This document shows, piece after piece, positions 38,815 to 49,849 of a DNA stretch of 64,000 nt. Numbering within the stretch: position 1 is the stretch's first letter; every line of letters starts with the position of its first letter. The notes below the pieces were generated by a model. That model was not told where the DNA came from, made no database searches, and saw nothing but the letters and a program-made list of their open reading frames with translations. The stretch comes from Coleofasciculus chthonoplastes F2-STO-03 (GTDB lineage Bacteria; Cyanobacteriota; Cyanobacteriia; Cyanobacteriales; Coleofasciculaceae), in the NCBI GenBank assembly GCA_040222015.1, contig JAVJWO010000195.1, positions 64,001 to 128,000 on the forward strand. Direction: 5' to 3'. A program made the position numbers and the translations under genes.

Positions 38815-40728
38815 TTAATTTAATGCCATGCGACTTAAGGAATTAGAAATTGACGATTGAGATGATCGAACATTTGAATCTACCTGCTTTTGATAGACAT
38901 TTGAACAACAGTACTGCTGTAGATTAGGTTCAATGGGGATTTCAATCACAAACTCTGTTCCCTGACCTGGTGACGAAAAGCACTTGAGATGTCCACCATG
39001 CTTTTCCACCACAATCTGATAACTAATAGATAAGCCTAATCCCGTACCCTTGCCAACAGGTTTGGTAGTAAAGAAGGGGTCAAATAGTCGCTGCTTAACG
39101 GAATCGGGAATACCCACGCCATTATCGGCAATCCGAATAGCAATCCAGTTTTCGTTGATTACCTGCGTACCAACCTCAATCATGGGGTTTTTGGATGAAG
39201 TATTCTCGCCCAATGCGCCTTTCTCTAACCCTTCTTCTAAGGCATCAAGTGCGTTACACAGAATATTCATGAACACTTGGTTCAATTGTCCTGCATAGCA
39301 CTCGATCAAGGGTAAGTCACCATAGTTTTTGACAACGGTAATTGCGCTTTGCCTTGCTTTGCCTTTGATGCGGCTTTGCAGAATCAACAGGGTATTATTA
39401 ATCCCTTCATGAATATCCACCGAGGTTTTCTCGGCACGATCTAGATGAGAGAAGTTCCGCAGCGATCGTACGATGTGATAGATCCGATCTGCCCCCACTT
39501 TCATCGAATGCAATAATTTCGGCAGATCTGTGGTAATGAAATTGAGATCGATGAGTTCGATATGCTCTTGAACCTTGGCTGAGGGTTGGGGACAGGACTC
39601 TTGATAAAGTTCAAGTAACTCTAATATATCCTGAAAGTATTGCTCGGCGTAATTCAGGTTACCATAGATAAAGTTGACTGGGTTGTTAATTTCATGAGCG
39701 ACGCCAGCAACTAATTGCCCTAAACTCGACATTTTTTCGGAGTGGACGAGTTGAGCTTGAGTATGTTTAAGCTTTTGCAGGGCGTCTTGCAGTTGCTGAG
39801 TCTGTTGTTCCAACTGGGTTTGCGATCGCCGCAGTTGATGTTCGACTTGCTTACGTTCCTTAATTTCCCGTCTGAGTCGCTGATTGACCTGTACCAGTTC
39901 AGCCGTGCGTTCAGTAACTCGTCTTTCTAAGTCATCATGAGCATTTTGTAGTGCTTCTTGTGCTAGTTTGCGTTCAGTGATATCGCGGACTACCTTGGTA
40001 AACCCGCGCAATCGCCCTTTCTTGTCGTACAGGGCTGTAATCACTGCATTTGCCCAAAACCTTGATCCATCCTGGCGAACTCGGTAACTTTCATCCTCAA
40101 ACCGACCGTTTTCTGCCGCGATTTTCAGGGCTTGCTCTAGTTTACCTGCCTGAACATCTTCCGGTAAATAAAATCGAGACACGGGTTCACCGAGAATCTC
40201 TTCTTCTTGATACCCGTTAATCCGTTCAGCACCCTGATTCCAACTGATGACCCGTCCCTGTGGGTCTAGCATATAAATGGCATAGTCTTTGACATTTTCC
40301 ACCAGACAACGGAAGCGTTCTTCACTCTCTCGTAGGGCTTCCTTGGATTGCTTGCATTCAGTTTGATCGCGCACTACGGCGTAAATCAATTGATTTTCGG
40401 GGTGGATTGAGACATTCCATAACAGCGATTTGTATGATCCATCTGCACAACGACAGCGATTTCTAAACCGGATTGATGCAGTCGGATTATGGGTAAGGGT
40501 TTCTAGCTTCGCGATCGTTACCTGGTGGTCGTGCGGATGAACCAGGTTCAGCCAAGGTTGCGCTAAAAGTTCCTGGTGAGTAAAGCCGAGTGTTTCCTCC
40601 CATCGGGGATTAAGTTGCTGGAAATGACCATCTTCCCCCAACACGCACAGCATATCCAACGAGAGCGTGAAAAAAGGATCGGAAGCCAGGCTCCCGGTGC
40701 TTGAGGTTGGCGGTAAAAAATTTAGCAT
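38815..40728 (-). CDS. Two-PAS sensor histidine kinase
   Basis: PAS x2, H-box VAHEINNP, NQVFMN, DNGVG, FFTTKPVGKGTGLGL. Confidence 0.95.
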   Translation of the reverse strand: MLNFLPPTSSTGSLASDPFFTLSLDMLCVLGEDGHFQQLNPRWEETLGFTHQELLAQPWLNLVHPHDHQVTIAKLETLTHNPTASIRFRNRCRCADGSYKSLLWNVSIHPENQLIYAVVRDQTECKQSKEALRESEERFRCLVENVKDYAIYMLDPQGRVISWNQGAERINGYQEEEILGEPVSRFYLPEDVQAGKLEQALKIAAENGRFEDESYRVRQDGSRFWANAVITALYDKKGRLRGFTKVVRDITERKLAQEALQNAHDDLERRVTERTAELVQVNQRLRREIKERKQVEHQLRRSQTQLEQQTQQLQDALQKLKHTQAQLVHSEKMSSLGQLVAGVAHEINNPVNFIYGNLNYAEQYFQDILELLELYQESCPQPSAKVQEHIELIDLNFITTDLPKLLHSMKVGADRIYHIVRSLRNFSHLDRAEKTSVDIHEGINNTLLILQSRIKGKARQSAITVVKNYGDLPLIECYAGQLNQVFMNILCNALDALEEGLEKGALGENTSSKNPMIEVGTQVINENWIAIRIADNGVGIPDSVKQRLFDPFFTTKPVGKGTGLGLSISYQIVVEKHGGHLKCFSSPGQGTEFVIEIPIEPNLQQYCCSNVYQKQVDSNVRSSQSSISNSLSRMALN

Positions 40729-41177
40729 TTTATAGCTGGGGCTTTATTATGGGAACTCTTATCTTTATTTCTATTTTCTTTCAGATGAAGAGTTGTAGAT
40801 GCAGTTTCCCCGGTTATGCATTCGTCTCCTTAGGCTTAAGTTTAAAGGAGTTTAGACCTAACGCTTCGCTGTAATGATTAGAATTACTACTGGGTATGAT
40901 TAGTTTTGTTTATAACTTAACCCGATAAGTCAGTGCAGGGCGCACGGGACGTCTTTGGTGTCAAAGTAATCGTTAGCTGGGCAGTTGTATAGGCGATCGC
41001 GTTTGGATCGATGGCAGTCTTGAATCTTTGTTAAACAAAGACTTGATGCAGATGGGACAATTGTAGCACGGCTGACCTGTTCGCCACACCCCACACCCAG
41101 TTTGACAGCCTGTCTTTTGACAATGGTTTGCCGCTTTGACAGAATCAAGAGCCAAATATTATCAGCTTCAGTGTCCC

Positions 41178-41519
41178 ATGTCCAAAATCTCTTCTCACCA
41201 CCACAAGCCTCAAGTTTTTGCCATCGGAATTGCTCCACTGGGAATCGTATCTATTGGTGTAGTCCCCATGGGAGTAATTTCAATTGGCTTTGTTCCCATG
41301 GGAGTGTTCTCCCTAGGTTCTGTAGCCATGGGAGTCTTCTCGGCTGGGCTAGTTTCTATGGGAACGGTAGCTGTTGGTTTTCAAACGATGGGCTTAGTGA
41401 GTATTGGTTCAATGGGTATGGGGAATATTCGTATTCCTATCGGCGCGGAAGAATCCCTCTCTCATCCCGACAACCATTCTCTTCCCACGCCAAACCAACC
41501 CAATCATGATTCTCACTAA
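41178..41519 (+). CDS. Small hydrophobic protein with Gly-periodic repeats and His-rich ends
   Basis: AIGIAPLG-IVSIGVVPMG-VISIGFVPMG-VFSLGSVAMG pattern. Confidence 0.7.
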   Translation: MSKISSHHHKPQVFAIGIAPLGIVSIGVVPMGVISIGFVPMGVFSLGSVAMGVFSAGLVSMGTVAVGFQTMGLVSIGSMGMGNIRIPIGAEESLSHPDNHSLPTPNQPNHDSH

Positions 41520-41524
41520 GTTTT

Positions 41525-41628
41525 CATTTGTCATTTGTCATTTGTCATTTGTCATTTGTCATTTGTCATTTGTCATTTGTCATTTGTCATTTGTCATTTG
41601 TCATTTGTCATTTGTCATTTGTCATTTG
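41525..41628. repeat. STRR heptamer array (TCATTTG)n
   Basis: Directly visible; shorter copies near 13457, 18366, 34211 and 38723. Confidence 0.95.
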
Positions 41629-41645
41629 TTCTAAAAAACTGAAAA

Positions 41646-42491
41646 TCATCGGTGAAACGGTATAAAAAATAGCGGCAAACATGATAATAAACACCAGATA
41701 AATAAGTATAGATGAGTCGGGTTAGGTAAATGGATGTCAGCTAAGAGCGCTTCTATCCGTTCCTCAAGACGATTTTTAGGTGCAGTACAGCTAAAAGCCG
41801 CACAGACACTTTCAGAATGTATCAGCGGTGTGCTTACAACCATCAACAGGGATTCCGCTAACAGTAAAAAATCAACCCGTTGTGCTGCCCATTGATCGGC
41901 TCTGATTTCTCGTAACAGTAATAGTTCTTGCCATAGCGCTTCTGTATTGGTTAATCCATAAGAGAATCGCCGCATCCAGCCCAACCAAAAGAACCAAAAT
42001 GTATCCCGATAATGAAAATGTCCGTCTTCATGGGTGAGAACCGCTTGCAAATGCTCAGTGTCCAGCGTTTCTAATAAGCCTTGACTCACCACCAGTTCCG
42101 GTTGCCAAAATCCGACTTGAGCGCTAAAAACTAAGGGTGTGTTGAGAAGACGGATTGGTCTACCATGAAGGGTTTGCTGAGGATAGGTGCAAACCTGTTG
42201 CCAAGAACGCCATCCGGCAAACGCCAGTTTCAACCCGGACACTCCCACAAATCCTAAGAAAGTGCCAGCTAATCCATAACTGAACCAGCCCTCCCATCGC
42301 CAAACCATTTGCCCTTGGGGTCCCATGCAGACAATAGAGATTGCTGTCATCATCAGTAGCAATGGCGGAAATAAGAACTTGGTTAAGGCATTTTGCCAGC
42401 GCTGCTGATAACTAACCTCGTTTCCTGACCAACTAATGCGGGTTAACCAAGCCACGGCTAAAGCACTCAGAATTAGGATTAGATGAATCAT
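41646..42491 (-). CDS. BlaR1/M56-type membrane metallopeptidase (PetP-like)
   Basis: HEDGH zinc motif, REIRADQWA, TM segments; coupled to the BlaI gene. Confidence 0.9.
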   Translation of the reverse strand: MIHLILILSALAVAWLTRISWSGNEVSYQQRWQNALTKFLFPPLLLMMTAISIVCMGPQGQMVWRWEGWFSYGLAGTFLGFVGVSGLKLAFAGWRSWQQVCTYPQQTLHGRPIRLLNTPLVFSAQVGFWQPELVVSQGLLETLDTEHLQAVLTHEDGHFHYRDTFWFFWLGWMRRFSYGLTNTEALWQELLLLREIRADQWAAQRVDFLLLAESLLMVVSTPLIHSESVCAAFSCTAPKNRLEERIEALLADIHLPNPTHLYLFIWCLLSCLPLFFIPFHR

Positions 42492-42907
42492 TGTTCCTCC
42501 CTCGCTTCACGAATGGCTTGCAAACGCTGGGCGATCGCGTCGAGTTGTTCTAGACTAGCTTGGTCGAGACTGTCGGCAAAGGCGGCGATGATATCGGGAT
42601 TTCCCACCGCCAGGAATCGCTTCAACTGATCATGGGCTTGCAGCATCCGCGCCTGTTCCTGCGAGAGCAAGGGTTGCCAACGAAATGCCCGATCTTGGCG
42701 ATCGCACGTTAGCCAGCCTTTTTGGGTGAGGCGGCGCAATACCGTGGTTACGGAAGCATAGGCTAACTCTCGATCTGGATCAGCCAAGATTAGTTCGTGG
42801 ACATCTTTGGTGGTAGCCGAACCGAGTTGCCAAATAATCTCTAAGATTTCTGCCTCTAATGGACCAAGAGAGAGTTGTTTGGGGCGGTAACTGGGCATGG
42901 GAACCAT
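42488..42907 (-). CDS. BlaI/MecI/CopY-family regulator (PetR-like)
   Basis: LGPLEAEILEIIW...LAYASVTTVLRRLTQKG. Confidence 0.92.
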   Translation of the reverse strand: MVPMPSYRPKQLSLGPLEAEILEIIWQLGSATTKDVHELILADPDRELAYASVTTVLRRLTQKGWLTCDRQDRAFRWQPLLSQEQARMLQAHDQLKRFLAVGNPDIIAAFADSLDQASLEQLDAIAQRLQAIREAREEQ

Positions 42908-43039
42908 AGGGATGCAATTAAAATCAGGGAATTGGATACCCAGTTTACCCGAATTTGACTTTAAAGCTGATTTGATATTGGCTGGGATACACTTATCGCG
43001 GCTCAAACAGCTAACGTGATAAATTGGGATGCTTCCAAT

Positions 43040-44167
43040 TTATCCCCACAGCCGACGCCGAGGAGATCCATTGAGACGTTGATGAGTATCAGCTAGCAAA
43101 CCAGGAATATCCAGTTGTTCCGGACAACGGGGTAAGCAGTCACCACAGCTTGTACACCGATTCCCTTTCACCCCAGCAAACCAGTGACCCGCATTTTCAA
43201 ACATGCCATAGCGGTATGTCCCGTAATCTGTCATATCATAAGCTACAGCCAAATTCCGCAGCCTTAATACCTCTGGAATATTAATCATTTCCGGACAGGG
43301 CAAACATTGGTAACATTGGCTACAGCGATCCGTTCCTAAAGCCGTCTCAGCTTGGGTTTCTAACCGAGAAAATACCTCAATTTCCTGGGAAGTCAGGGAG
43401 TCATCTTGATCCGCAACGGCTAACGGTGCGTCCAATTCCTGTGGATTAGCCGGTCCTACACTCAAGGTGGTAATTCGGCGATCGCTCAATAAAAAACGAT
43501 AGTTCAACTCCAGTGGCGAGAAGGGATAGCAGAGTTCAACCAGTTTCGCTGGGGGAGTGTAGAATCGTCCACCCTTATCCGCCGGAGATATGATAAACAC
43601 CCCCATATCCTTCTGGTGCGCTAATTCTACGGCTGGAGCATGGCGCTGAAAGACGTAGTAATAATGTAGGTTGATAAATTCAAATAAATCGGTCTGGATT
43701 GCCGCTAATATGATCTCCAGGGGAGCATGAGTGGAAAAGCCAAGGTGTCTAATCCGACCCTCTGCTAAGGCGTCTTGTATCGCCTGCATACACCCTCTAG
43801 GGGACTCGACCCAGGTTAGATGTTCCCAGGTGTTAATCCCATGAATGGCTAAGCAATCCAGATAGTCGAGCTGTAGACGTTCTAAGGATTCGTTAATCCA
43901 CTGATCCATAACCTGAGGATCAGGCGTTGGCGGTAGCTTGGTGGTAATCGTGAGTTGTTCTCGGGGTACTGGTAATTTTTTGAGGATATTCCCCAAATAT
44001 AGCTCACTCTTACCATAACTACGGGCGGTTTCTAGGTGATTAATCCCATTCGCGATCGCGTGCTGTATGGTTTGATCAGCATCGGACTCACCCGCCAAGC
44101 AGCGCATGGTTCCCAGGGAAAACACGGATAGCCACAGATTGGTTTTCCCAAACCGTCGATAATGCAT
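43040..44167 (-). CDS. Aldo/keto reductase with C-terminal Fe-S domain
   Basis: YRRFGKT, ETARSYG, GFSTH; CSQCYQCLPCP and CTSCGDCLPRCP. Confidence 0.92.
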   Translation of the reverse strand: MHYRRFGKTNLWLSVFSLGTMRCLAGESDADQTIQHAIANGINHLETARSYGKSELYLGNILKKLPVPREQLTITTKLPPTPDPQVMDQWINESLERLQLDYLDCLAIHGINTWEHLTWVESPRGCMQAIQDALAEGRIRHLGFSTHAPLEIILAAIQTDLFEFINLHYYYVFQRHAPAVELAHQKDMGVFIISPADKGGRFYTPPAKLVELCYPFSPLELNYRFLLSDRRITTLSVGPANPQELDAPLAVADQDDSLTSQEIEVFSRLETQAETALGTDRCSQCYQCLPCPEMINIPEVLRLRNLAVAYDMTDYGTYRYGMFENAGHWFAGVKGNRCTSCGDCLPRCPEQLDIPGLLADTHQRLNGSPRRRLWG

Positions 44168-44185
44168 TTCTCATCTTTGTATCAT

Positions 44186-44692
44186 TTAAGCTTCACCGCC
44201 CGTTTTAAATCCTTTATGCTGGGAAAAGTCTTCCGGTCGGATGCTCGATACAAACTCTCGGAAAGCCTGTCGTTCCTCTTCATCCGCATCTCGATCAACG
44301 GGTATTGATGCATCAGCGATAACTTCTTCCATCACCCAGATTGGACTATCTGTGCGAAGCGCGATCGAGATCGCATCACTGGGTCTAGCATCAATTTCTT
44401 TTTTGGCTTCACCCTGACGAATGCAGAGGATCGCATAGAAGGTATTATCTTGGAGTGAGTGGATAATAATCCGCTCCAACTTCATCTCCCATGTTTCCAT
44501 GAGACCCACAAACAGATCATGTGTCAGAGGGCGGGGAGCTTTTTGGCGTTCCAAAGCGCTGATAATTGCTTTTGCCTGATCTTGTCCAATGTAAATCGGC
44601 AGAGCGCGTCGCTCTAGTGAGTCTTTCAGCAGCACGATTGGGCTACGGGTGACAGCATCTAATGCAATTCCAGCAACTTTCATTTCAATCAT
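44186..44692 (-). CDS. Bifunctional nuclease family (DUF151)
   Basis: LPIYIG, RPLTHDL, IDARPSDAI. Confidence 0.93.
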   Translation of the reverse strand: MIEMKVAGIALDAVTRSPIVLLKDSLERRALPIYIGQDQAKAIISALERQKAPRPLTHDLFVGLMETWEMKLERIIIHSLQDNTFYAILCIRQGEAKKEIDARPSDAISIALRTDSPIWVMEEVIADASIPVDRDADEEERQAFREFVSSIRPEDFSQHKGFKTGGEA

Positions 44693-45236
44693 TAGCTTAG
44701 CCTCTAGAATACAGTCGGCGTCGAGGGCATCAAAGCGAAGCAGTCAAGCCACATTGGATGGATTAAAACTAGAACAAGTATACTAGTTTATCCTTACTTC
44801 ACCGATTAACCCCACAATCAGTCCTCTATCATTGAATTGGGCAGAGATCAAAAAGATTATCTTCTCCAAGTATGCCCCAGTCTCAGGACGTTTGTTTCGG
44901 GACTTTATGAAAAAAACACATAACCGTTTATCCTTGTCCCCAATAGCTCTCTAGTGGTTAATCTCCCTCGCTTTGGTGAACTGCCACCTCCTTGCTTTAT
45001 CTCCTAACTTTAAGATAGACTCGTTTTGATCAGCTATGAAGTAAGTGCTTCAAGTGCTTAAATTGTCACTCTGGCTTGATGTATATCGCGGTACTTGGGT
45101 AGTACCAATCGTTAAACACTGGTTAGTTCAGAAGAGTTCCTTAGTTAGAGTTACCCTTCACTCCCGGCAAAAACATTTTATCACAGAGCCTCTATAATCG
45201 GCGATCCACGACCAGCTACTTTACTTTGATAACATC

Positions 45237-45953
45237 GTGTTCACAGGATTAATTCAAGCACTAGGCACCGTGCAACCGCTAGGCGGCGATCGCTTTCAGT
45301 TGTCTTGTCTTCCTGACAATGCCGCCGTGATTCTACACAATCTTGCTATTGGTGATAGTGTAGCCGTTGATGGAATATGCTTGACGGTTGAGGAAATTTT
45401 GACCCAAGGCTTTGTGGCAACCGCTTCGGATGAGACATTAAGTCGTACTACTCTGGGACAACGACATCAGGCAGCCACTTATGTGAATTTAGAAACATCG
45501 ATACAAGTCGGCAGTAAACTAGGGGGACATTTTGTCACCGGTCACATTGATGGGATTGGTTCTCTTCAGGATTCTGTAAAAACAGCAAATTCCTGGATTA
45601 TGTGTTTTACTGCACCAGCATCCTTACAAAAGTCATGGCAGCGTCACATTGCTCGGTTTCTGGTGCCAAAGGGAAGTATTGCTGTCAATGGCGTCAGTTT
45701 AACCATTGCTGAGTGTGATCCCCAAGGAAGTTGGTTTAAGGTGGCAGTTATTCCCCACAGTTATGCTCAAACCAATTTGAGTTATTTGCAACCAGGAAGC
45801 TGGGTGAACTTAGAAAGCGATATTTTAGGCAAGTATGTTGAGAGATTACTAGGGTATCAAGTCCCAAGTGCGAATTCTTTACCCATGAATGATATTTCAC
45901 CACCCATGAATGATATTTCACCTGAATTTCTCGCCGAACACGGGTATTTGTGA
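45237..45953 (+). CDS. ribE: Riboflavin synthase (alpha chain)
   Basis: MFTGLI N-terminus, GDSVAVDGICLTV, GGHFVTGHIDG, KGSIAVNGVSLT. Confidence 0.96.
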   Translation: MFTGLIQALGTVQPLGGDRFQLSCLPDNAAVILHNLAIGDSVAVDGICLTVEEILTQGFVATASDETLSRTTLGQRHQAATYVNLETSIQVGSKLGGHFVTGHIDGIGSLQDSVKTANSWIMCFTAPASLQKSWQRHIARFLVPKGSIAVNGVSLTIAECDPQGSWFKVAVIPHSYAQTNLSYLQPGSWVNLESDILGKYVERLLGYQVPSANSLPMNDISPPMNDISPEFLAEHGYL

Positions 45954-45983
45954 ATTATGAAGTAATTGCTCTTCCTCAACCAA

Positions 45984-46011
45984 CAAAATCCCCCGTTAAC
46001 AGACGGGGGAT
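45984..46011. terminator. Hairpin terminator between convergent ribE and fbaA
   Basis: AATCCCCCGT-taacag-ACGGGGGATT with a U-run on the minus strand. Confidence 0.75.
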
Positions 46012-46042
46012 TCGCTATAAATGGGTGTTACCCGGTCAACGA

Positions 46043-47122
46043 TTAAGCCTTTACAGTTTGCTTAGTAACAGCCGCTAACTCGCCCTTAGCATACTTAGCC
46101 GCAAATTCATCCAATGTCATTTGCTTAATCTTGCTAGCATTACCCGCCGTACCGAATTGCTGATAACGATCTGAGCAAACCTGCTTCATGTACTTAATAG
46201 AAGGCTTCATGAAATGGCGCGGGTCGAAGTTTTTAGGATCTTTGGCAGCCGCTTCGCGAATCGCGGCGGTGATTGCCAAACGATTGTCGGTATCAATGTT
46301 AACCTTACGCACACCGCTCTTAATGCCCTTTTGAATCTCTTCTACAGGCACACCGTAAGTTTCTGGAATTGCACCACCATATTGGTTGATCATATCCAGC
46401 CACTCTTGGGGTACAGAGGAAGAACCGTGCATCACCAAATGGGTATTAGGTAGACGGGTATGAATTTCCTCAATCCGGCTAATGGCAAGGATTTCACCCG
46501 TGGGCTTACGAGTAAATTTGTAAGCACCGTGGCTTGTGCCAATCGCTACGGCTAAAGCATCAACTTGAGTGCGCTCAACAAACTCAACCGCTTGATCCGG
46601 GTCAGTCAACAATTGTTCGCGGGACAGCTTACCTTCTGCACCGTGACCATCTTCCTTGTCACCCATACCCGTTTCCAAAGAACCGAGACAACCCAGTTCC
46701 CCTTCAACGCTGACGCCGACAGAGTGAGCAACTTTTACCACTTCAGCCGTGACATTTACGTTGTACTCGAAGCTAGCTGGAGTTTTGGCATCTTCCTCCA
46801 GTGAACCGTCCATCATCACACTGGTGAAACCATTGCGGATAGCCGAGTAGCAAGTAGCTGGACCATTCCCATGGTCTTGGTGCATAGCAATGGGGATATG
46901 GGGGTAAGTTTCCACTGCTGCCGTGATCAAGTGGCGCAGGAAGTTCTCACCTGCATATTTGCGAGCGCCGCGAGAGGCTTGTAGGATCACGGGGCTGTCA
47001 GCTTCATCAGCAGCCTGCATAATTGCCAGGATCTGCTCCATGTTGTTAACGTTATATGCTGGAATGCCATAGCCATTCTCTGCCGCATGATCTAAAAGCA
47101 GCCGCATGGGTACGAGCGCCAT
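46043..47122 (-). CDS. fbaA: Class II fructose-bisphosphate aldolase
   Basis: [35 protein letters not shown]. Confidence 0.97.
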   Translation of the reverse strand: MALVPMRLLLDHAAENGYGIPAYNVNNMEQILAIMQAADEADSPVILQASRGARKYAGENFLRHLITAAVETYPHIPIAMHQDHGNGPATCYSAIRNGFTSVMMDGSLEEDAKTPASFEYNVNVTAEVVKVAHSVGVSVEGELGCLGSLETGMGDKEDGHGAEGKLSREQLLTDPDQAVEFVERTQVDALAVAIGTSHGAYKFTRKPTGEILAISRIEEIHTRLPNTHLVMHGSSSVPQEWLDMINQYGGAIPETYGVPVEEIQKGIKSGVRKVNIDTDNRLAITAAIREAAAKDPKNFDPRHFMKPSIKYMKQVCSDRYQQFGTAGNASKIKQMTLDEFAAKYAKGELAAVTKQTVKA

Positions 47123-47304
47123 AAAAAAGTCCTCCTAACTTTAGGTGTTTTGTCAGCTAGTCGTTTCTAGAAACTTAATTCTTAGAATAATCTTAAGATA
47201 TTTTTCAGTTTATAGGAAATTATCTCGTCAAGATTCTAAAATTAGTCTTCTTTATCAACTTTATAGTCCCTGACTATAAAGAAAAATAAGTAAATATGAC
47301 AAAA

Positions 47305-47376
47305 TGGGTCGCCTGGGATTCGAACCCAAGACCAATCGGTTAAAAGCCGAGTGCTCTACCGCTGAGCTAGCGACCC
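47305..47376 (-). tRNA. tRNA-Lys (UUU)
   Basis: GGGTCGC-TAGCTCAGCGGTAGAGC-CTCGG-CTTTTAA-CCGAT...GGTTCGAATCC-GCGACCC-A cloverleaf. Confidence 0.96.
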
Positions 47377-47444
47377 AAAGTCATGCGCGTTTTCAAGCGC
47401 CGTTTTCTACAATAGCAGAAATCACCAAAAATGTAGAGGGTTTT

Positions 47445-48314
47445 TCAAAAAAAAGTGACGTTAAGTTGCACGGAAGTCTCCAAACTCTCTCCAGGAGCCA
47501 ACTTGGTGAGATTCTCTCCTGTATTTAAGGCGTTACGGGGAGCGCTCCAGGGTTCTAAACAGTAATAGTCTTTGCCTTTAACCGTCCAGAAGACCAGAGT
47601 TGAGTAGAGTTCATCATAGCTCAGGGTTAGTTTTAACCGTCGTTGCTGATCCGTCACCGTTGCCGACTGACCTGTGATCGGGCGAAAGGCGATATCAATT
47701 TCATCCTCACTCCAATCAAAGTCGCCCTTGAAGGGGTAAACTTGTCCGGTTAGCTGATCTTGATACTCCGCCGCTGGAATCTCAAACTGTAGTTGGGTTT
47801 TATCTGAACTCAAGAAGTACGGATGTAATCCTGTGGAAAAGGGCATAACCTCTGAAGACTGATTGGTATAGCGCTGGTGAATCGTTAAGGTATTGCCCTG
47901 AAGTTGGTACGTGAAGGTGAGTTGCCAGTCGAAGGGATAAACAGCGCGAGTCTGGTCATTACTATTGAGGACTAGGGTTAGGCTAACCAAATCATTCGTC
48001 ACTCGTTCTGTGACGTGCCAGGGCAAATCGCGGGCGAAACCATGCTGTTTGAGTTGATAGGGTTTGCCCTGATGGGTGTAGGTATTGTCGGGTAAGTTGC
48101 CACAGATGGGAAACAGAATCGGGATACCACCCCGCACACTCAAGGTTGGGTCTCGAAACCGTTCGGCATCGAAGTAGAGGATGTCCTGACCTTGAACACT
48201 CCAGTGAGAAATTAGACCGCCGCGTTCGGGAACGACTTCCAACCGAGACTTAGAGTCTTGGGCAGTGAGGATATAGGTTGAGTATTGCTCCTGTTTGAGC
48301 GCGATCGCAAACAT
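47445..48314 (-). CDS. Aldose 1-epimerase family protein
   Basis: RGGIPILFP, QHGFARD, GLHPYF, YCLEPW. Confidence 0.93.
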   Translation of the reverse strand: MFAIALKQEQYSTYILTAQDSKSRLEVVPERGGLISHWSVQGQDILYFDAERFRDPTLSVRGGIPILFPICGNLPDNTYTHQGKPYQLKQHGFARDLPWHVTERVTNDLVSLTLVLNSNDQTRAVYPFDWQLTFTYQLQGNTLTIHQRYTNQSSEVMPFSTGLHPYFLSSDKTQLQFEIPAAEYQDQLTGQVYPFKGDFDWSEDEIDIAFRPITGQSATVTDQQRRLKLTLSYDELYSTLVFWTVKGKDYYCLEPWSAPRNALNTGENLTKLAPGESLETSVQLNVTFF

Positions 48315-48626
48315 CTGTCTGTTGATTTCCTTAATAATTGAGCGGCTGGAGTTAGCGGCACGACTAACTTTAACAAACTCTTCTCAAAAAAATGGTGCTA
48401 ATTTTACAAATTCTTAACAAAAAGCCTTTAGGATAGTACATAAGCAATTCTTGTAATTTTAGGGTTCAGGGGTGCCTACAGGCGATAAGTTGGTTTTAGA
48501 GTGACACACATCACTCTAAAATGTGTTGAGAATCACACCAAGCAACTGACACTTATCAAGGTCTTTAATGGGAAGATCGTCGATAGTGTTAGGAGTACCC
48601 CCTATGATTACAAATGCTTGGTTACC

Positions 48627-48860
48627 ATGATTCTTCGCACTCTAGTCCAATCGGCTCTTAAAACTGGCTGCCTCAGCGTTGCTTCTGAGGGGCTAATTCG
48701 CCAAATTCTGGAAATAAAAGGTTATCAAACATCAGACCTGGAGGCTTTGACTGTTCTTTATGAGGCGGTGAAGTCTGGTCAAATAGAGCGGGAGGCTCAT
48801 TATACTCGTTTTCTATCATTTCCTGATCTGCACAGGCAAAGCGCTGTAACAGGCGTGTAA
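48627..48860 (+). CDS. Small cyanobacterial hypothetical protein
   Basis: LVQSALKTGCLSVASE...AVKSGQIERE resembles a recurring small cyanobacterial family. Confidence 0.65.
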   Translation: MILRTLVQSALKTGCLSVASEGLIRQILEIKGYQTSDLEALTVLYEAVKSGQIEREAHYTRFLSFPDLHRQSAVTGV

Positions 48861-49849
48861 ATCCCCCAGCTTCAACCTGGATCAGCATAGAGTGATCAGT
48901 AACCAAGGATTTACAGCAGGTTTGACCTCACGTTTCAGGGAAAGATTGAAAATCGGCTGGGCTCGAAGCCAATAAAGGGAGTCGTCGGTTAGCAAGAATC
49001 TGGATTTAAGCACCGCGAAACTGAATAGGGTTAGCTTACTTGTGCGGCGATTCATCTCACGCCCTAGTTTTTCTATTGAGTCAGTTAAGGGAGTGAGGCT
49101 CAATTCCCCTATAAATCACCAGTTTAATGTGCTAAAATGCGACCAAAGGGTTAATTCCTTTCAAGTGTGATTTGTCAAGCAACAAAAGGCTGGCAAGTCG
49201 GCGGTGAAAGTAAACCCTTAACACAAGCCTTAACTAAAGGTGAGGGAAGGCTATAAGTTTGGCGCTGTAATCAAAGATTCAGCGCTGGGATACATAGACA
49301 TTCGCCCAAGTGAATTTTACTCAGTCAATCCTGATAAAATTTACATTTTTCCGGACATGTCTAAACTTCAAACACCTACATAGTACCTATCAACCAGGAT
49401 GTATAACCTGGATTAAAGTGCGCTAGTCTCAATGGCGAAATACACGGTTTTATTTTCTTTGTATGGCTCTTTACCAATGCCAATCCCTCAAATATCGGTT
49501 ATTTGCTCACAGGTGAAATTGCTCTCCACCTTTACCTTGAGCCAAATTATCACCAACCAAATTATCACCAATGTTGTTGTCCCGATTCCGTTGAAGATCT
49601 CAAGGTTTTTTCTGTCTAGTGAAAAATATCCTGAATTGATGATCCAAATTCCGGTTAAATGCCAGCTAAATTTTTAAGCATTGACCGAGAAGTATAACGA
49701 TAGTAGGGATATCATTGTTGACGAGGGAAAACTGAGTCACCTTATCCGAAGTTAAGTTTGGATAAAAACGGTCCCTGAATTATCCTAAAGACCGGGGCGA
49801 CTTGCTCCCAGACGTATTGGAAGAGTTATCTGCTTAGGAGAAGCCAAAT

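Noticed and set aside
7550..41628. Tandem repeat arrays as possible CRISPR arrays
   Set aside because: 7-9-bp units with no unique spacers, and no cas genes in the window.
44693..45236. FMN riboswitch upstream of ribE
   Set aside because: No AGGGCGGGGTGAAATTCCC-like RFN consensus visible.
47304..47528. 74-aa ORF (and 54386-54817)
   Set aside because: Shadow ORFs over tRNA-Lys and tRNA-Thr.
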